DNA of 64,000 bases from Tubiluchus corallicola (taxonomy: Eukaryota > Animalia > Priapulida). Shown in pieces: positions 1-64,000 of this stretch. The position numbers and the translations under genes are program-made. Location of the stretch: assembly GCA_030141605.1 (NCBI GenBank), contig JAQGDQ010000094.1, positions 248,001 to 312,000 on the forward strand. The letters run 5' to 3'. A model generated the notes under the pieces. That model was given only the letters and a program-made list of their open reading frames with translations. It was not told the origin of the DNA and did not search any database. Position 1 is the stretch's first letter; each line of letters begins with the position of its first letter.

Positions 1-1927
1 GCTAAGTCTGCTACAGTCATCAACAGCACATTTGGTCTATAGAATATACAGTATGTAAGTAACTCATTTTTCACTATTTTCTCCATAATTTTACGAACAC
101 AGCATTTGTCACTGACAATTTACCCAGAACTAATTAACAAAAAATTTTCCGCGCGACTGAAGCACGGTGTACTCCAAAAATATGTGTTGCTAGTACGACA
201 ACCGGTATGCTATATTGGAGATCATAGTTTTTGCCATTAAAAGAAAGTACTACTTTAAATTCTAATATAAATTAAAACTGAAAAAAACAATTTGCATCTC
301 ATAATAATCCTAATAATGACATGATTTTTCTCCACCACAAAGGACTTTTGTGAAGTTATTTCTATCAGTTCTGTAGTCATTACTGTTTTTGTCATGGTCC
401 TTTTGTTTTGCATATTCGGAAATTCAAACACTTTTGAAATGGCTTATTTAATGAGCCAAGATTTTTTGTTGTAAATTAACAAAAGTGAACATTTAGTGAA
501 GCCCCTTTCATTTGATAAGCTGTGAAGCCAAGAATCTCTATAATTAACGTGTCTCAAGAAATAGCAGTCTGGTGACTAAGTCAGGTAATGTCGTGTCTGT
601 TCAAACGAAAATGTCAATAGTCTCTAAATGACGCTTCAGCGTCTGTTGCTGTGCATTGTGCAGACAATAATAATGTTATAAAATTCACGCTGTGTCTTGA
701 GATCACATACTGTAACGGGTGATCTTTCACTCCTTTCCGGAGAATGAATCATCAAAAGCTTTTTCCTGGGGTGGTTTCGTTGCCGCACAAAGATGCAGAC
801 AAGTGTGCGTGCTCATTATCGACAGTTTGCTTAGTCCTAGTTATGTTTGCAAAGGCAGTGTATTTTTAAATAGGCAGATACATTTCAAATATATAAGAAA
901 AATAAAACAAAAACATTAAAAAAATTGTTATTACGCTGGCATATAACAGTGTTGCGCCATCTGTGGTAAATTTTAACATTTTTGAAAACCATTGAATTTT
1001 TGGAATTACGTTTAACTTTGTAAAGATAGCAAACCTTGCTTGAATCACTCTTTCATCAAGGTTTCTATTACCGAATTTACAGCATAACCCCATTTACAGC
1101 AACCATGGTATACCCTCACCTGTTGTTGGCAATTTTAGCATACTCACCTAAATACCGTATACTTACTTCTGTTAAGAGTACAGACCTGTAAACCCAAGTT
1201 ATTGTTTAAGATGTTAATGATTGCGTCATGAAACTAATGTGAGTAATGACGTTCTGGGAATGGTTTTCTTGGGTTATTCATCATTTTATGATTTCACAAA
1301 TTTAAACTGTCATTGGGATATACTTATAACGGCAATGTGTGCTTATGGCTTGTAAAAGTCTGCGGATTCTATTATGAAATTTTGATGTATGGTCCTAAAG
1401 TAAAGCGTGTTGTGGTGTGAACATTAGTCGTGCATAGCAATAAAAAATGAAAAGCAAGTTTTTGCGGACTGGATTATTTAATTTTGATTAAAATCTTTAT
1501 TTGAGACTTTTATATGGTGAAATCAAGCTCCAAAAAATACCCTGTCTATCAAAATTAAGTAATACCGCACTGGTGAGCATGGGTTCAATGCTCGCTCTGA
1601 GCGGTTTCGTTCACCATACTTGTTCTAACTGTTTACTTCGTTGAGGTAGGATGTGTTCACATCTCAGCTGGTTCACTCTTGCAGGATACACTTCATGTTG
1701 AACCAAATTCCGATCCTGCCACACTCATCACATTAAGTAAGCACTTACATTGAGTGACGGATTCTATTTGCAGTGTACCGAGCTGTGTCAAGAACAAAGA
1801 TTAGCACACATAAAAAGAGAGCAGAATCACAAAAATTAGACTAAATTTTTAAAACAGAGATGTTTGACTGAACGGGATTCACAATCTTTCTGACGTTAGT
1901 ACAAAAAGCGTGAATATTACATTCCAG

Positions 1928-62485
<60,558 letters not shown>

Positions 62486-63019
62486 GTATAATTGTTGGCA
62501 TATTTACAAATATTCTAAGTATTTCTTATAAAGAAATTACATTGCATAAAGTTAATTATTGAGATTTAAAAAAAAATTATATTATTTCGACGGCTGTTGT
62601 TGCTGCTACTGCTGCTGTTTCTGCTGCTGTCATTGTCGCTGTTGCAGTTGTTTTTGTTGTTGCTGCTGCTACTTCTGCTCAACCTTATCCTCATCGGCAT
62701 CATCCTTCCCCTACTCCAATTATTGCATAACAGTTTTCTAACGAATACTATTGACACGATTACTAGTTAAAAGATATATGCGAACTGGGTTTGGATTTTA
62801 AATTGCTTTGTGGTATTTTTCAGTAAATTGGGAGTTTCTGGCACCACCAAGGAGCAGAGCTTCTAGCAGCTCTTCATCAATGAGTGGCATTTCAGAGGAA
62901 GAATGGGAACTTTTCATGAAGTAAGCGACTAGTTTTTCATTGCATTTAACAAAACAAGCAACAATATTTCCATAAAACACACGCGACTAACGTTCACATG
63001 AAGTGAATCGAGTTAAGAG

Positions 63020-64000
63020 TTTTTTTATTATAATAATAAATCTTTATTCAAGAAATAAACGTATATACAAAAAGGTGCCTCTTTGCAGGCTCAGATCAAC
63101 AATTTACATTTTCATATAACAAATCTTTTAAATATTTCCAGTTTCTCACTATGCACAACGAATAACATATTATACTTAAATTAGATTTAATTTCAAATGA
63201 TTCACAGGTATTGTACACATGAATTAACTTTATACACATACATAATTTATTTTTGTATACTCGAGTGGTTCTAAATTAACAATTATTTAAAATTATGATC
63301 AGGTTAATAAAAGACATTATTAAATTTTTATCAGATTGAAGCATAATATTACGTGCATAATTGGCATCAGCTGTTTCTATGAAACACATTCTTTTTGTAT
63401 TATCTACTTTATTGCATCTGAATAAAATGTGCTGAGGAGTTTGCTCTTCTTCTCCACATGGACATAAACTAGTAACACACATATTAAGTCTATGCAGAAA
63501 GCTATTAAAATTCCCCTGGCCAGTTAAAACAGACATGCCAATGGATTCTGTTTTCCTTTCATTATTTCCAAGCGGCAAGATCAATGATTTAAATTTTATA
63601 TTCTCCATTTTACAATGTAATTTTATATTGTACAGTTGCATAACATGCCTATATTTATTTGTCCAGGTACAAGAAACATAATCCATAATTTGACGTTTAG
63701 TATACTTAAACATATATTCAGGAACTTCTTCACGATCTGTAGTACGGAAGTTTTCATTCCACACAAATTTTAAAAAGTGTCTCACAGTCTGCACATGTGT
63801 ATACATAATATTTTTATAAATATGCCTTCCTTTCAAACGTGCACTACCGTACTGCAGAATCTTTTGTTTAACTAAATTGTCAGCATTCTGACATAACGCT
63901 TGAGACATGATTTAACAACGCTTACAATTAATTCAATGTCTAACGGTGGGAAGACCACAAAGTATTTCCAATTTAGTTCGATCTGATTTAAAAGCAGACC
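63020..64000 (-). mobile_element. 3' end of LINE ORF2 with CCHC knuckle (related to 34450-38345); continues beyond window
   Basis: LTGQGNFNSFLHR...CPCGEEEQTPQHILFRC. AATAAA and TAA/A tail at about 63020-63050. Confidence 0.85.

Noticed and set aside
1685-1736. Possible upstream host exon (tgcag|gat...ttaa|gtaagc)
   Set aside because: Its only open frame ends in phase 1, whereas exon 1928 needs phase 2, and it lacks the expected RIM N-terminal helix motif.

Overview
AT-rich, intron- and transposon-rich animal (probably invertebrate) genomic DNA. I found no prokaryote-type system. The window lies inside one + strand gene for a presynaptic active-zone scaffold of the RIM/Piccolo/Fife/Clarinet family. 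Fifteen to sixteen GT-AG exons join in frame from 1928 to 62485. They encode a Rab-binding Cys8 zinc finger with SGTWY, a giant 2.17-kb exon packed with R-R-x-S motifs, a PDZ domain, an RRKLP motif, a C2A domain and a Ser/Arg-rich linker. The start codon and C-terminus were not found in the window. The two large introns (13.7 kb and 33.1 kb) hold a deleted Gmr1-type Gypsy LTR element, several LINEs (one a young RTE with a perfect TSD), a TA-flanked MITE and a TTAA-flanked Kolobok-like element with a THAP relic. They also hold five copies of a Helitron-like family carrying DR1-type motifs, and many micro/minisatellites. The best leads are the dense RRxS/RRHSADE phospho-repeat, a candidate internal first exon plus 21-nt microexon, and inverted repeats around a symmetric exon. 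All calls come from manual reading; no searches were run.
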